Part shown: positions 40,555 to 50,632 of the stretch, one piece after another
Layout: each line of letters opens with the position of its first letter
Position numbering within the stretch: position 1 is the first letter of the stretch
Source of the DNA: an uncultured bacterium
Lineage (GTDB): Bacteria > Babelota > Babeliae > Babelales > Babelaceae
DNA length: 64,000 bases
Direction: 5' to 3'
NCBI GenBank assembly: GCA_963824495.1
Contig: CAWGPQ010000014.1
Location: forward strand, 1-64,000
The notes under the pieces: generated by a model
Told to the model about the DNA's origin: nothing
The model's database searches: none
The model's input: only the letters and a program-made list of their open reading frames with translations
Position numbers and translations under genes: made by a program

Positions 40555-41377
40555 GTGCTTATTGTTTGTAGTATTATTTGCCCATGCAGAACAAAAAGCA
40601 ATTGAGTATGTTACTATTGCTATTCTCGCCAAAGATAAAGCACATGCGTTGCCCTTGTATCTTGCCTGTATCGAAGCCCAAACGTGGCCTGCTAACAAAA
40701 CCTATCTCTATATTCGAACAAACAATAACAATGATACTACGTCAGCTATTTTGCTGGAGTGGATTGCGAGAGTTCGTGAACGCTATGCAGGTTTTTATTT
40801 CGATGATACTGATATCCCAGAGCCTGTTCAAAAGTATGGGCAGCATGAGTGGAATTCTCAACGCTTTAAGGCTTTGGGTAAAATTCGACAAGCTTCAGTT
40901 GACTGGGCTCATCAGCATGAATCCCACTATTTTGTAGCTGATTGTGATAACTTTATTAAGCCTTGTACGCTTGAGGCGCTGGTAAATACAGATCTTCCGA
41001 TTGTAGCACCTCTTTTACAAACGGGTAATAATGCTTATTCAAACTATCATGCTGCAATTGATGAGCAGGGATATTACGCAAGTTCGCCTTTTTATCTACC
41101 ACTGCTTAATCGTGAGATACGGGGATTAATTCAACTTCCTGTAGTGCATTGCACATATTTTATTAGATATGACGTGCTTGATGAAATGTCTTATGATGAT
41201 GAGAGTTATCGCTACGAATATGTTATTTTTAGCGATACTGCCCGAAAAAAATCAATCCCTCAATATCTTGATAATCGGGAGGTATATGGCCGCATAAGCT
41301 TTGCTGAAGATAGATCTCAATTAGCAGAGGAGCCTTGGTTAGAAGAATTTGCCTTTTTATCAGCTCAAGCTCATTGA
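40511..41377 (+). CDS. GT-A glycosyltransferase resembling the procollagen galactosyltransferase N-terminal domain
   Basis: VTIAILAKDKAHALPLYL, IRTNNNNDTT, FVADCDNF, IVAPLL, SNYH, PVVHCTYFI; leader ends AHA-EQ. Confidence 0.7.
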   Translation: MKMLESRLKKLVVIKCLLFVVLFAHAEQKAIEYVTIAILAKDKAHALPLYLACIEAQTWPANKTYLYIRTNNNNDTTSAILLEWIARVRERYAGFYFDDTDIPEPVQKYGQHEWNSQRFKALGKIRQASVDWAHQHESHYFVADCDNFIKPCTLEALVNTDLPIVAPLLQTGNNAYSNYHAAIDEQGYYASSPFYLPLLNREIRGLIQLPVVHCTYFIRYDVLDEMSYDDESYRYEYVIFSDTARKKSIPQYLDNREVYGRISFAEDRSQLAEEPWLEEFAFLSAQAH

Positions 41378-41415
41378 GCAAGGGCGAGCACTCCCATGGC
41401 CGAAAGATTAATACT

Positions 41416-41790
41416 ATGAAAAAATTTAGGCACATAGGTTATCCACTTATAGGTTATCTATTGATAAGTTCATGTACTCTACAAAGTTATTATGAAGGTA
41501 ATGAGTCGTATATACAACAAGCCTATAGCCCAAAGACTCAGCGTGCTATTAAGAGTACTTTTACGAGTGTAGGATTTGTGCTTGGGTGGGGTATTGCTTA
41601 TCCCTTGATTGAAAGACAATTTGAAGAGCAACTCACAAGAAATAGATGGCAAAGATTCCTGAGTGAATCGTCGGAATTTATGAAAGTATTTACAAAAATA
41701 TTTGCGGCAGGTAGTTTTGGGCTAGTTGCCTCCGGGCTTGGAGATACATTACACAAGAGTTGCTATCCACCTCAAGCTGAAAAAAGTTAG
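41416..41790 (+). CDS. hypothetical exported/membrane protein
   Basis: MKKFRH leader; GFVLGW and FAAGSFGLV helices. Confidence 0.55.
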   Translation: MKKFRHIGYPLIGYLLISSCTLQSYYEGNESYIQQAYSPKTQRAIKSTFTSVGFVLGWGIAYPLIERQFEEQLTRNRWQRFLSESSEFMKVFTKIFAAGSFGLVASGLGDTLHKSCYPPQAEKS

Positions 41791-41814
41791 GGTGGCCAAA
41801 AATAGACCACCCTA
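41788..41814. terminator. hairpin between convergent genes
   Basis: TAGGGTGG..CCACCCTA inverted repeat. Confidence 0.5.
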
Positions 41815-41837
41815 TCAAAAATTATTATCAGATTTGA

Positions 41838-42614
41838 TTATGACGTATAGTGAGCTGCTATGGCCTTAATTTCTTCGTCTAACTCTCGAAGTTCAGGTAC
41901 ATACTTATACTTAAGCTGTGTTATGGCCTCAAGATGGAGCTCAGAATTTTTATCTGCCTGATATTTTTCAGCAAGTAACTGGGCTTCATGCTGATAATCT
42001 ATGCTTTCTATAACACGTGCAAATTTTTGCATTGCTGAAGCATGTTTCACAAAAAGCTGTGTAAAACCGCTCGTCAGTGCTTGAGCTTGTTCTATGCTAG
42101 GTGCTTTAGGAGCAGTGCTATAAAGTCGATCCAATTTTATCATTTTTTCTTGTAGCGCTGCTAGCTCAGGAATATATCTATTGATTATAGCTTGATGTTC
42201 TTTTACATACTCAGCTGATAGGAACCTGTTTTCATCTTTTGCTTTACGAGCTAGGGCATGAAGTTCTTGAGCACAGCTTGAATTTTCCATAGCCTTTTTC
42301 ATAAAGGCATTAAATTCTTCTTCTAAGCTTTTCACCTTGTGCATAAGTACTGCTCTTTGCTCCTGATCAAGATTGAGTGAATAATATTTTCTAAACATTG
42401 TATCAAGAGAAGCCCGTCTTAGAGTTTCTTCATGCGTTACTGTAGGACTTTCGAGTTCTATCTCAGATTTTCGTTCGTGTGGAGTAATAATAAGAGAAGT
42501 GCCATCGGTTTTGATCTTGAGCAATGCGCCTTCTTGTATATTAAGAAGTTCAAGTAGGGCTTTATCGAGAATAATGGCATTGCTATTGCCGTATTTTACA
42601 AGCCTTTTTAGCAT
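41838..42614 (-). CDS. AbrB/MazE/SpoVT DNA-binding domain protein with long helical C-terminus
   Basis: KRLVKYGNSNAIILDKALLELLNI..KIKTDGTSLIITP. Confidence 0.8.
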   Translation of the reverse strand: MLKRLVKYGNSNAIILDKALLELLNIQEGALLKIKTDGTSLIITPHERKSEIELESPTVTHEETLRRASLDTMFRKYYSLNLDQEQRAVLMHKVKSLEEEFNAFMKKAMENSSCAQELHALARKAKDENRFLSAEYVKEHQAIINRYIPELAALQEKMIKLDRLYSTAPKAPSIEQAQALTSGFTQLFVKHASAMQKFARVIESIDYQHEAQLLAEKYQADKNSELHLEAITQLKYKYVPELRELDEEIKAIAAHYTS

Positions 42615-42642
42615 GCATTAGCCTTTCAGGTAGAGTGAGTTG

Positions 42643-42843
42643 TTAGGATATTAGATAATTAATGAGCAATGCCGCGACCAAATAGATGGGGCCAAATACC
42701 ATAAGAATGATTGCCAATCTCTTGCTGAACGGCATGTGCACAAGTCTGTTGATAAAGTTCTGGCCAAATGTGGTATAGCCAAGCACGATAGCTTGAGGAA
42801 TGCCAACAGCAACCATCATTATAACTATACCTAAAGTTCTCAT
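42643..42843 (-). CDS. small two-TM protein (NTxFG-like)
   Basis: VLGYTTFG..FSKRL; GGAAGG SD. Confidence 0.6.
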   Translation of the reverse strand: MRTLGIVIMMVAVGIPQAIVLGYTTFGQNFINRLVHMPFSKRLAIILMVFGPIYLVAALLINYLIS

Positions 42844-42875
42844 GTGTTACCTTCCAGGATAAGGGTTATTGAAAT

Positions 42876-42905
42876 GTAATTACATAGTATATACAAAGTT
42901 AATAC
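42876..42905. promoter_or_regulatory. triple short-palindrome operator overlapping a minus-strand promoter
   Basis: GTAATTAC, GTATATAC, GTTAATAC at 11-bp period; TTGCCA-16-TATACT on the minus strand. Confidence 0.5.
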
Positions 42906-43022
42906 AATGGCAAACAATAGCAAGCAAAATTTTTGAGAAATGATTTTTTGGTATATTTACATTCACTAATTTTTTATAATAAACGGTACTATATTTAATC
43001 TTTTAACGTTACGTGAGGTTGT

Positions 43023-43367
43023 TTGATGAAAGTTATCATGAAGAAAAACAAGTTTCTTATCGTGTTGTTAATAATAGGTTTGGCGCAAACTGGATTTACC
43101 CCTTGTCTTAACGCTACGTATACTGATAGTGAGCACGCTCGAGATATCTATATTAATGCTACCGCCATCCTTGCTTCTATGATAAGCATGGGAGTAACTT
43201 CTCATATTCTCGTACGATGTGGGTTTGGCCTTGAAGAACGTCACGTGGGTAGGGCTTTTGCTGGCTTAGTGCTTATTGCTGCCATAGGCTATGCCAGTCT
43301 GTATGGTACTCAATATATTCTAGCGTCATTAACTCGCCAAGCCAAAGATAAAGATAGGGTGTATTAG
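43023..43367 (+). CDS. hypothetical exported/membrane protein
   Basis: MKKNKFLIVLLII leader plus two TM segments. Confidence 0.6.
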   Translation: MMKVIMKKNKFLIVLLIIGLAQTGFTPCLNATYTDSEHARDIYINATAILASMISMGVTSHILVRCGFGLEERHVGRAFAGLVLIAAIGYASLYGTQYILASLTRQAKDKDRVY

Positions 43368-44419
43368 TTTTTGATAGCAAGTTTGCTCATATCTTCGGCA
43401 TCATTACACATACCTTGGGTTTCCCATTCGTACAGCAAGTGATTGATGTCCAACCCCTTTTTTACTAAGAAACCAATCATATAAAGGGCACGCTCCAAGT
43501 CTGACGCATGATTATCAAGTTCTTGCGCTACAAGAAAGTCTGAGTTTTCAATATGAGCAATGCGTCGAAGAATGACTGATAGTCTCCCATGTACAAACAG
43601 CTTCTCAAGGGCATAGAGATCAGCACGCTGCTCTTTGCCTCGTTGGTAGATCATAACGGTATAGGTATCTTTATTTTTTGGGGCGTGCCATAAGCAGGTA
43701 TGAGTTTTGAGTAGATCTACTATTTTTGTACCAATACGTGTGGTAGTGGTAATCGACTGTTTGCCCTGTTCAGTATATAGTTTAATTTTTTCTAAATCTA
43801 ACGAGAAATCTTTTGCTGCAATGATGCTCTCAATAGAAATCTTAGCAGTTACTGCTAAATTATAGCTTACGGGATCTTGATGTACTAAGTGGCCAAGTTC
43901 ATGATAAATATAGAAAAGCCTTAGCTCTCTATCACGATCGCTAAATACGCCGATAAAGGGTGTCTCTGTTTGGGGTGTAAGTCCCGAGAATCCTTCACTC
44001 AGTGTTCCAGCAATACATATCTTACCGGGTATATCAAGAAGCATCTTTGCTTCACGAGCAAGTATTTCTTGAGCAAGTGTGGGCCAATGAGCTTCTGCTG
44101 TGGGTATAAGTTGTTCATGCATAAGCACTTTAAAATCTAATGTTTCACGCAGATCTTCAAGCCATGAATAGTCAATATCTGAAATGCTTTTTGCAGAGCT
44201 TGCGTGCTGATACTCACGTAATACATTGTACAACGTTACTATCATTTTATCGTGTAAGCCATCGGCTTTTTTAGATTTTTTCTCAAGAAGGCCATCGAGA
44301 AGTTTTAATGTTGTTGATGCTGTATGAAGAGCATCAGGTTTTTGAGTATGAGCAATCAGTGATGTGCTGATAAGAGTTACAATAAAAAAGATAGATACCC
44401 TAAAATGCAGGTGCTTCAT
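43364..44419 (-). CDS. exported protein with HExxH zincin-like motif
   Basis: Leader ends LIA-HT; IYHELGH and a distal EQRAD (M48-like). Confidence 0.6.
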   Translation of the reverse strand: MKHLHFRVSIFFIVTLISTSLIAHTQKPDALHTASTTLKLLDGLLEKKSKKADGLHDKMIVTLYNVLREYQHASSAKSISDIDYSWLEDLRETLDFKVLMHEQLIPTAEAHWPTLAQEILAREAKMLLDIPGKICIAGTLSEGFSGLTPQTETPFIGVFSDRDRELRLFYIYHELGHLVHQDPVSYNLAVTAKISIESIIAAKDFSLDLEKIKLYTEQGKQSITTTTRIGTKIVDLLKTHTCLWHAPKNKDTYTVMIYQRGKEQRADLYALEKLFVHGRLSVILRRIAHIENSDFLVAQELDNHASDLERALYMIGFLVKKGLDINHLLYEWETQGMCNDAEDMSKLAIKN

Positions 44420-44521
44420 CGGATTTACCGGGTTTTAGGTTATATTAGAATGTGACTATAGTTGATTAAACAGTACACTGCGGGTAACGTGAGAGTCAAC
44501 GATAACGATGCGTGTATCTGG

Positions 44522-45928
44522 TTAAAGCCCTTGATTCATGTGGTTAATGGCTGATTCAAGTGGATGATTAGTATCGAGGTAAGCTTTCCATTCTACTACC
44601 ACTCCTGGTTCACTGCTATACTCTTCACTAAGAGTTGTGCGGTAGCCGGTAATAACGTTTTTCTCAGAGCTCGTAAACAAGACTGGGCAAAAAGGCGAAT
44701 TACTTGGACCAGGCAATACGCCAAGGGCCATGCCTGAGTGCGTATCCCATACAATGGTTTTTGCGTTACCATCACGACTAACGAGCCGATTTCCCGATTC
44801 GTTAAAGGCTAGATGAGCAATTGGAGCGTAATGTCCGGTAAATGTTTTAACGGTTTCTTCTGTATGTACGTTAATAAGCCTTATAGTATTATTATCTTCG
44901 CCCATGGCTAAAAGAGCTGGATCATGAGGGTGAAATCGTGCGACGGTATACCTGTTTTTTTACGATCACCTTTTGTGACAGACACCAAGCTTTTAACAAG
45001 ATTGCCTGTTGTGGTGTCCCATATCTTTACCATGCCATCCCAGGCAGCAGATGCCAGCAATGAGCTGTCACTGTTAAATGATACGCTATGGCCCCAATGC
45101 GTGTGGCCTTCAAGGATACGTAAGGTCTTCCATGTTGCAGTATCCCAGAGTCGTACTGTTGTGTCATCTGATATTGAAGCAAATAATGAGCTATGAGGAC
45201 TAAAGGTTATATCGGTTATCCAATCGGTATGCCCATCAAGAGTATGAGTAATTTTGTGTAAATTAGGATCGTAAATTTTGATAAAGCTTTTTACGTGGTA
45301 GATCATCTTTTGTTGTAAGCACAGGCTTATTCCTAGCTAAGCCTATGGCTAAAAGATTACGTTGAGGATGGAACGCAAGCGCACGAATAAAGCTGCTCTT
45401 GCCCGCTATAAGTTCATGGATAAGGTTTTGGGTGGCTATATCCCATAATTTGACTACACCGTTGCGGTCTCCCGATGCGATAAGGTTTGCAGGAGGTTGA
45501 TATGCCAAAGCAGAAACCGTAGGGCTATTGTGAAAGTAGAGCACTGAGATAAGTGAAGGAAATTTTTCTGGGTTGTTTAAAATAAGATATCCTGTAAGGT
45601 CTTGGGCGTATTGAGGAGATATTTTTTCGATATGGTATATAGTTTTATAAAATTTTTCGGCATCAAGTGATTGACAATCAAGTAGCACAAGAAGCTTAGC
45701 ATAATAAGGCAGGTATGGTTCGCGCTCGTGCTCTTCGCCTCTACCTTCAAAGGCATTCTTGAGTTCTTGCTTGTCGAACGTGGCAAGCTTATAAAAATCT
45801 TCAATTGAAATAGCCGGTGAAATATCAGGAGTAAGAGGGCATATAGGTAGTCGACTAATGGATCCAATATACGTATTGTACATAATACTAATAAATAGAG
45901 TAAAGAAAAAAGTTGAGAATAGCTTCAT
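44522..45928 (-). pseudogene. exported WD40-repeat protein split by two homopolymer indels
   Basis: GH..WD repeats in three frames; shifts at runs 45288-45292 and 44955-44961. Confidence 0.8.
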
Positions 45929-46023
45929 ATCTTATCCTTTTAATTTTTTATATTAGATATTAATATTTAAGTTATAGTGTTAATTAATATTATACCATTT
46001 TCTTAAAAATCTATTCAATGGTT

Positions 46024-46593
46024 CTAAACAAGGGTTTTTAGAGAGTTTTCGATGAAAAAATATATTCTGTAATGCTCGAGCTCTGCTATTGAGGTATAAA
46101 TATCAGGAAGTGCTCTGTGAGTTTCAGTTTTCTTATATCTAATATGGGGATTATTGGGGTACCAGCGTCGAACGAGTTCTTTGATGGTACTGACATCGAC
46201 GAGGCGATAATGGGCAAATTCATCAATAGAGGGCATATAGCGTCGTAGAAACGCGCGATCTTGATACACGGTGTTACCACATAAGGGAGATTTATGGGGC
46301 AGGCAGTATTGTTTAATAAACTCAAGCGTTTCATGTTCTGCTTGTTCTAGTGAAATGGTTGAATGAAGTACAGCGTTAACTAGACCTGATTTAGTATGGT
46401 ATTTCGTATTCCAAGCATCCATTTTTTTCAGAAGATCTTCCGGTTGGTGAATAACAAGTGATGGCCCTTCGGCTATAACCTCAAGCTGATTATTCGTGAT
46501 AACAGTAGCAATTTCTAAAATTCTATCACCGCTATCAAGATGTAACCCAGTCATTTCTAAATCTATCCAAATTAAATGATTTTCTGAGATCAT
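46024..46593 (-). CDS. orn: oligoribonuclease
   Basis: LIWIDLEMTGL, HTKSGL, LCGN, HYRLVDVST, HRALPDI. Confidence 0.95.
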   Translation of the reverse strand: MISENHLIWIDLEMTGLHLDSGDRILEIATVITNNQLEVIAEGPSLVIHQPEDLLKKMDAWNTKYHTKSGLVNAVLHSTISLEQAEHETLEFIKQYCLPHKSPLCGNTVYQDRAFLRRYMPSIDEFAHYRLVDVSTIKELVRRWYPNNPHIRYKKTETHRALPDIYTSIAELEHYRIYFFIENSLKTLV

Positions 46594-46676
46594 AATTTTT
46601 GTTTTCCTGCTACACTTATATACTATTGACAAAGCTTATCATGTTTTTGGTGCATTATCATTAAATTTAATGCGAG

Positions 46677-48875
46677 GTGTTTATGCACACATTACCGTTA
46701 CGTGTTGGTGTTCTTATGGGAGGAAAGTCCATTGAACGGGAAGTTTCCCTTAATACGGGCCGGACAATCTGCGATCATATTGATACTGCGCGCTATCAGT
46801 GTGTGCCTATTTTTCAGACAGGTGAAGGTAAGCTCTTTGAGTTACCCTGGCATTTTTTGCATCGGGGTAAAATTAGTGATTTCGAGCATCGCTTGCCCTC
46901 TCAAGCGCAACCTATAACATGGGAGAGCTTAAGAAATTTGGTTGATCTGATCTATATTGCTCAGCATGGTCGTTTTGCTGAAGATGGAGCTCTACAGGGC
47001 CTTTTAGAAATTTTGCGTATCCCCTACGTTGGGTCTAAAGTTATGGCGAGTGCTTTGGGTATGGATAAGCACATGCAAAAAAGTTTCTTACGGGCTGCTG
47101 GTGTTGCTGTCCCTGCAAGTATCACGCTTATGCCCTATCAGTTTGATAGTTGGGATAGGTATGCGATACGGTTTCCTTGTATTGTAAAACCGTCTAAAGA
47201 AGGATCAAGCTTGGGTGTTGCTCTTGTACGTAACCCTGAAGATCTTGTGGCTGCTCTTGTAAAAGCATCGACCATAACGCCGGACATCAAGCAACCAGTG
47301 CTTATCGAAGAGTATATCGAAGGCATGGAGTTTTCGTGCATAATTTTAACCGATTACTCTACAGGTAGTCTATTGCCCTTACCTCCAACTGAAATCGTGC
47401 ATGAAGCAGGGAGTGATATTTTTGATTACGAGCAAAAGTACATGCCTGGTCGTGCCATAAAGCATACGCCAGCACGTTGTAGTATTGAGCAGATTAAGCA
47501 CATACAGGATACCTGTGTACACGTTATGCAAACGTTAGGTATTACAAATTTGGCTCGTATTGATGGATTTTTAACGCAGGATAATCGGATAGTTATTATT
47601 GACCCTAACACATTTGCAGGAATGAGCCCTTCGAGTTTTACAAGTGTACAAGCGGCAGAAATTGGTATGAGTCATACACAACTTATTAATCATTTACTAG
47701 AAACTGAGCTTCATGCCTACACTATGCGTGACGTTTGTGCTTTATCAGGCAAAAGTGCACAACTTCACGCGCCAAAGTTACGGGTTGCTGTTTTGATGGG
47801 CGGCTCTTCAAATGAGAAAGAGATATCGCTTGAATCAGGTAGAAATATTGTGTATAAGCTATCGCCACATACCTATGAAGCATTGCCTATTTTTCTAGAT
47901 ACGCATCTTAATCTTTACGTCATTGATCAGCATCTCTTGGTTCGCAACACCACGCATGAAATTACTCAGGGATTAACACCAGCTATGAGAATATCGTGGG
48001 ATGATCTACGTGCCTATGCTGATGTTGTTTTTATAGGTCTTCATGGTGGTGAAGGAGAAAATGGTTGTGTTCAAGGAGCACTTGAGATGTTGGGGCTACC
48101 GTATAATGGCTCAGGTGTGCTTACCAGTGCTTTGTGTATGGATAAGTTCAAAACAAATCAATTTTTGAAACAACAGGGTTTTTCTGTACCCGATGGCGTA
48201 CTTATTTCGTGTCAACAATGGGAACAAACTGGCACATTACCTCAAGAATTTTCAGCTTCTTACCCCTTAATTGTCAAACCACATGATGACGGCTGTAGTG
48301 TTCTTGTCTTTAAAGTTCATACTGATCATGAGGTACAGCAAGCACTGGCTCAAATTTTTTCTGCCGGCAAATCCCATGCTCTTATTGAAGAGTATATACA
48401 TGGCATGGAGCTTACCGTTGGCGTTATTGGCAATACGCAGCCTCGAGCCTTACCTCCTAGTCGAACATTAGCAAGTCACGGAATACTGTCTATTGAAGAA
48501 AAATTTTTACCAGGCGCTGGGGAAAACCAAACACCCGCACCATTACCTGAAGACACGTTACTCTTTATTCAAGCTACTATCGAAAGAGCATATCAGGCAC
48601 TTAACTGTAAGGGATATGCACGTATTGATTGCTTTTATCAATCTGCAGATACAAGCCCTACTGGACATGAGCGTGTTATACTTCTTGAGGTAAATACGCT
48701 TCCAGGTATGACCCCCGCTACGTGCTTGTTTCACCAAGCTGCTGAAGTTGGCATTAAGCCCATGGATTTTATTGATCTTATAATTCGGCTTGGGCTTGAG
48801 GAACATGGGAAAGTTACTGTCCGTGATACAGCATCTAATTACAGCATAAATCAAGAAACTCCCGTTAACTTATAA
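46677..48875 (+). CDS. ddl: tandem-duplicated D-alanine--D-alanine ligase-like protein
   Basis: Two ATP-grasp units: GGKSIEREVSL..HG..EDG..MDK..EGSS..RID and GGSSNEKEISL..HG..ENG..MDK..RID..EVNTLPG. Confidence 0.9.
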   Translation: MFMHTLPLRVGVLMGGKSIEREVSLNTGRTICDHIDTARYQCVPIFQTGEGKLFELPWHFLHRGKISDFEHRLPSQAQPITWESLRNLVDLIYIAQHGRFAEDGALQGLLEILRIPYVGSKVMASALGMDKHMQKSFLRAAGVAVPASITLMPYQFDSWDRYAIRFPCIVKPSKEGSSLGVALVRNPEDLVAALVKASTITPDIKQPVLIEEYIEGMEFSCIILTDYSTGSLLPLPPTEIVHEAGSDIFDYEQKYMPGRAIKHTPARCSIEQIKHIQDTCVHVMQTLGITNLARIDGFLTQDNRIVIIDPNTFAGMSPSSFTSVQAAEIGMSHTQLINHLLETELHAYTMRDVCALSGKSAQLHAPKLRVAVLMGGSSNEKEISLESGRNIVYKLSPHTYEALPIFLDTHLNLYVIDQHLLVRNTTHEITQGLTPAMRISWDDLRAYADVVFIGLHGGEGENGCVQGALEMLGLPYNGSGVLTSALCMDKFKTNQFLKQQGFSVPDGVLISCQQWEQTGTLPQEFSASYPLIVKPHDDGCSVLVFKVHTDHEVQQALAQIFSAGKSHALIEEYIHGMELTVGVIGNTQPRALPPSRTLASHGILSIEEKFLPGAGENQTPAPLPEDTLLFIQATIERAYQALNCKGYARIDCFYQSADTSPTGHERVILLEVNTLPGMTPATCLFHQAAEVGIKPMDFIDLIIRLGLEEHGKVTVRDTASNYSINQETPVNL

Positions 48876-48890
48876 TCAACTAACGACTGA

Positions 48891-49457
48891 TTAAAGTATA
48901 TCATGATGTATATCTTGATTACCCTGCCGTGAAGCTCTTGTCAGTTGCTTATGCTCTATCTTCAGCTGCCCGTTATGATCAATAATCAAGAGAAAACGGA
49001 TTATACGTGCCAGTGCTTGCTCTGAATATGATGAGCTCTGTTTAAGTCGCAGAAGTACTTCTGCTTTGATTAAAATTGTCTCTAAGCAATCATCGGGACT
49101 ATTTTTCCCTTGTTCATATACACGAGCGTAGACAATGCCCGTTTCGTTTTCCCAGATGCCAAATGTGTCATCTTGAGCCTTAACTAAAAGGGCATACTGT
49201 GGTATATATGGTATATCGCGAATAAATTGATCGTGATATTTTTGTGTAGAAATAAAAGGTATCAAAAGACCCTCTTTAAGTCCTTTGCGCTTAAGGCTTG
49301 AAATAACTGCTTGAATTTTACGGTAATCTTGCAACAATATCGTTTCAGCTGACCTATTAGCAAGTTCAGTTACTGCAAACTTGTAATGTGATGGTGATGC
49401 ATTTATTAAGCAAGAGCTGCTTAACACAAGGCAGAATAGTACCGCTTTTTTTATCAT
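48891..49457 (-). CDS. hypothetical exported protein
   Basis: Signal peptide MIKKAVLFCLVLSSSCLINA. Confidence 0.6.
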   Translation of the reverse strand: MIKKAVLFCLVLSSSCLINASPSHYKFAVTELANRSAETILLQDYRKIQAVISSLKRKGLKEGLLIPFISTQKYHDQFIRDIPYIPQYALLVKAQDDTFGIWENETGIVYARVYEQGKNSPDDCLETILIKAEVLLRLKQSSSYSEQALARIIRFLLIIDHNGQLKIEHKQLTRASRQGNQDIHHDIL

Positions 49458-49602
49458 AGCTAAACCTCGGCAAATCTCCTGATTAAATTTTCATAAAGCC
49501 ATTATAAAACTTCTATTAGGATACACATTTTTGAAGAGTTGTAAACTGGCTTGCCGCACCTAATCTTGCGATGCACAGCGAAAAGTTTTGATTTGCTCAA
49601 GC

Positions 49603-50535
49603 TTAAAAATTAGGATTAGAGTTAGGTGGAAAAGGCCTTATAATGGTAGGATTAAGCAAAAATAACAAGGAATTTCTAGGATGGATACCATTGGGATGCG
49701 GAACTTGACCATGGTTATCACGAACCATAACGTAGCTTGCAATATGAGCTGTAACTTCAGCGGGAAGATCACCGAGACGGCCTTCATGACGTCCAGCTCG
49801 TGTTACGTTCCAAAGAATTGTTTGTGCAGCATTGCGTTCAAGAAATTGAGCAACACGAGCTAAAAGCTCACCAGATTTTGTACCATTAGAAAGCTTGCTT
49901 TGACTGTCAGCTAGGCCCCACGCTGTGTAACCATTATGATTTTTGATATCCAGATGGGCACCTGCACTAAGTAACAGCTTAATTACCGAGATATTACCAT
50001 TACGTGCCCCCAAGTGTAGGGCAGTATTGCCGTCTTTATTATTAGTATAATTAACACGAGCACCATGTTCAATAAGCAATTTAACTATTTCTCTATTTCC
50101 GGTTATAGCTGCCAGCATAAGAGCAGTATGGCCATATATATTGGCATGGTTAACGTTAACGCCATGTGCTTTGATAAGCACGTTAACTATTGCTGTATGA
50201 CCTCTCTCGGCTGCCATCGAAAGAATAGTATTGCCATAATTATTAGTACGATTAACATCAGCACCCCGCTCTAAAAGTAGCTGCACTATCTCTATATTGT
50301 TATTGAAAGTTGCGAACTCGAGAGCAGTATAGCCACCGTTATTTGCATAATTAACATCAGCACCCCGCCCTAGCAAAGAGATTATGGTATCTTTATATCC
50401 AGATATTGCAGCGCTTACCAACTGCTCATTAAGCTGAAGCTGATGCTCTGAGATAGTAGGCTGCATGCTTATAAGCTGATTTGAACCAAACAGAAAGATG
50501 CTAAAGCTAGCTAATGCCAGAATGTGCTTGTTCAT
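49603..50535 (-). CDS. exported ankyrin-repeat protein with F-box-like motif
   Basis: Leader, about 5 ANK repeats, LGDLPAEVTAHIASYV. Confidence 0.85.
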   Translation of the reverse strand: MNKHILALASFSIFLFGSNQLISMQPTISEHQLQLNEQLVSAAISGYKDTIISLLGRGADVNYANNGGYTALEFATFNNNIEIVQLLLERGADVNRTNNYGNTILSMAAERGHTAIVNVLIKAHGVNVNHANIYGHTALMLAAITGNREIVKLLIEHGARVNYTNNKDGNTALHLGARNGNISVIKLLLSAGAHLDIKNHNGYTAWGLADSQSKLSNGTKSGELLARVAQFLERNAAQTILWNVTRAGRHEGRLGDLPAEVTAHIASYVMVRDNHGQVPHPNGIHPRNSLLFLLNPTIIRPFPPNSNPNF

Positions 50536-50558
50536 GCTATGTCTTCGTTTAAGCTATA

Positions 50559-50620
50559 TTTTTATTTAAAATGACAAAGTTTAATTGTTTTATTATAGCT
50601 TATGATATATGCTGGGTCAA
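50559..50620 (-). promoter_or_regulatory. sigma70 promoter plus conserved 5'UTR box
   Basis: TTGACC-17-TATAAT, then GTCATTTTAAATAAAAA. Confidence 0.75.
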
Positions 50621-50632
50621 TTTTGCTCAAGA

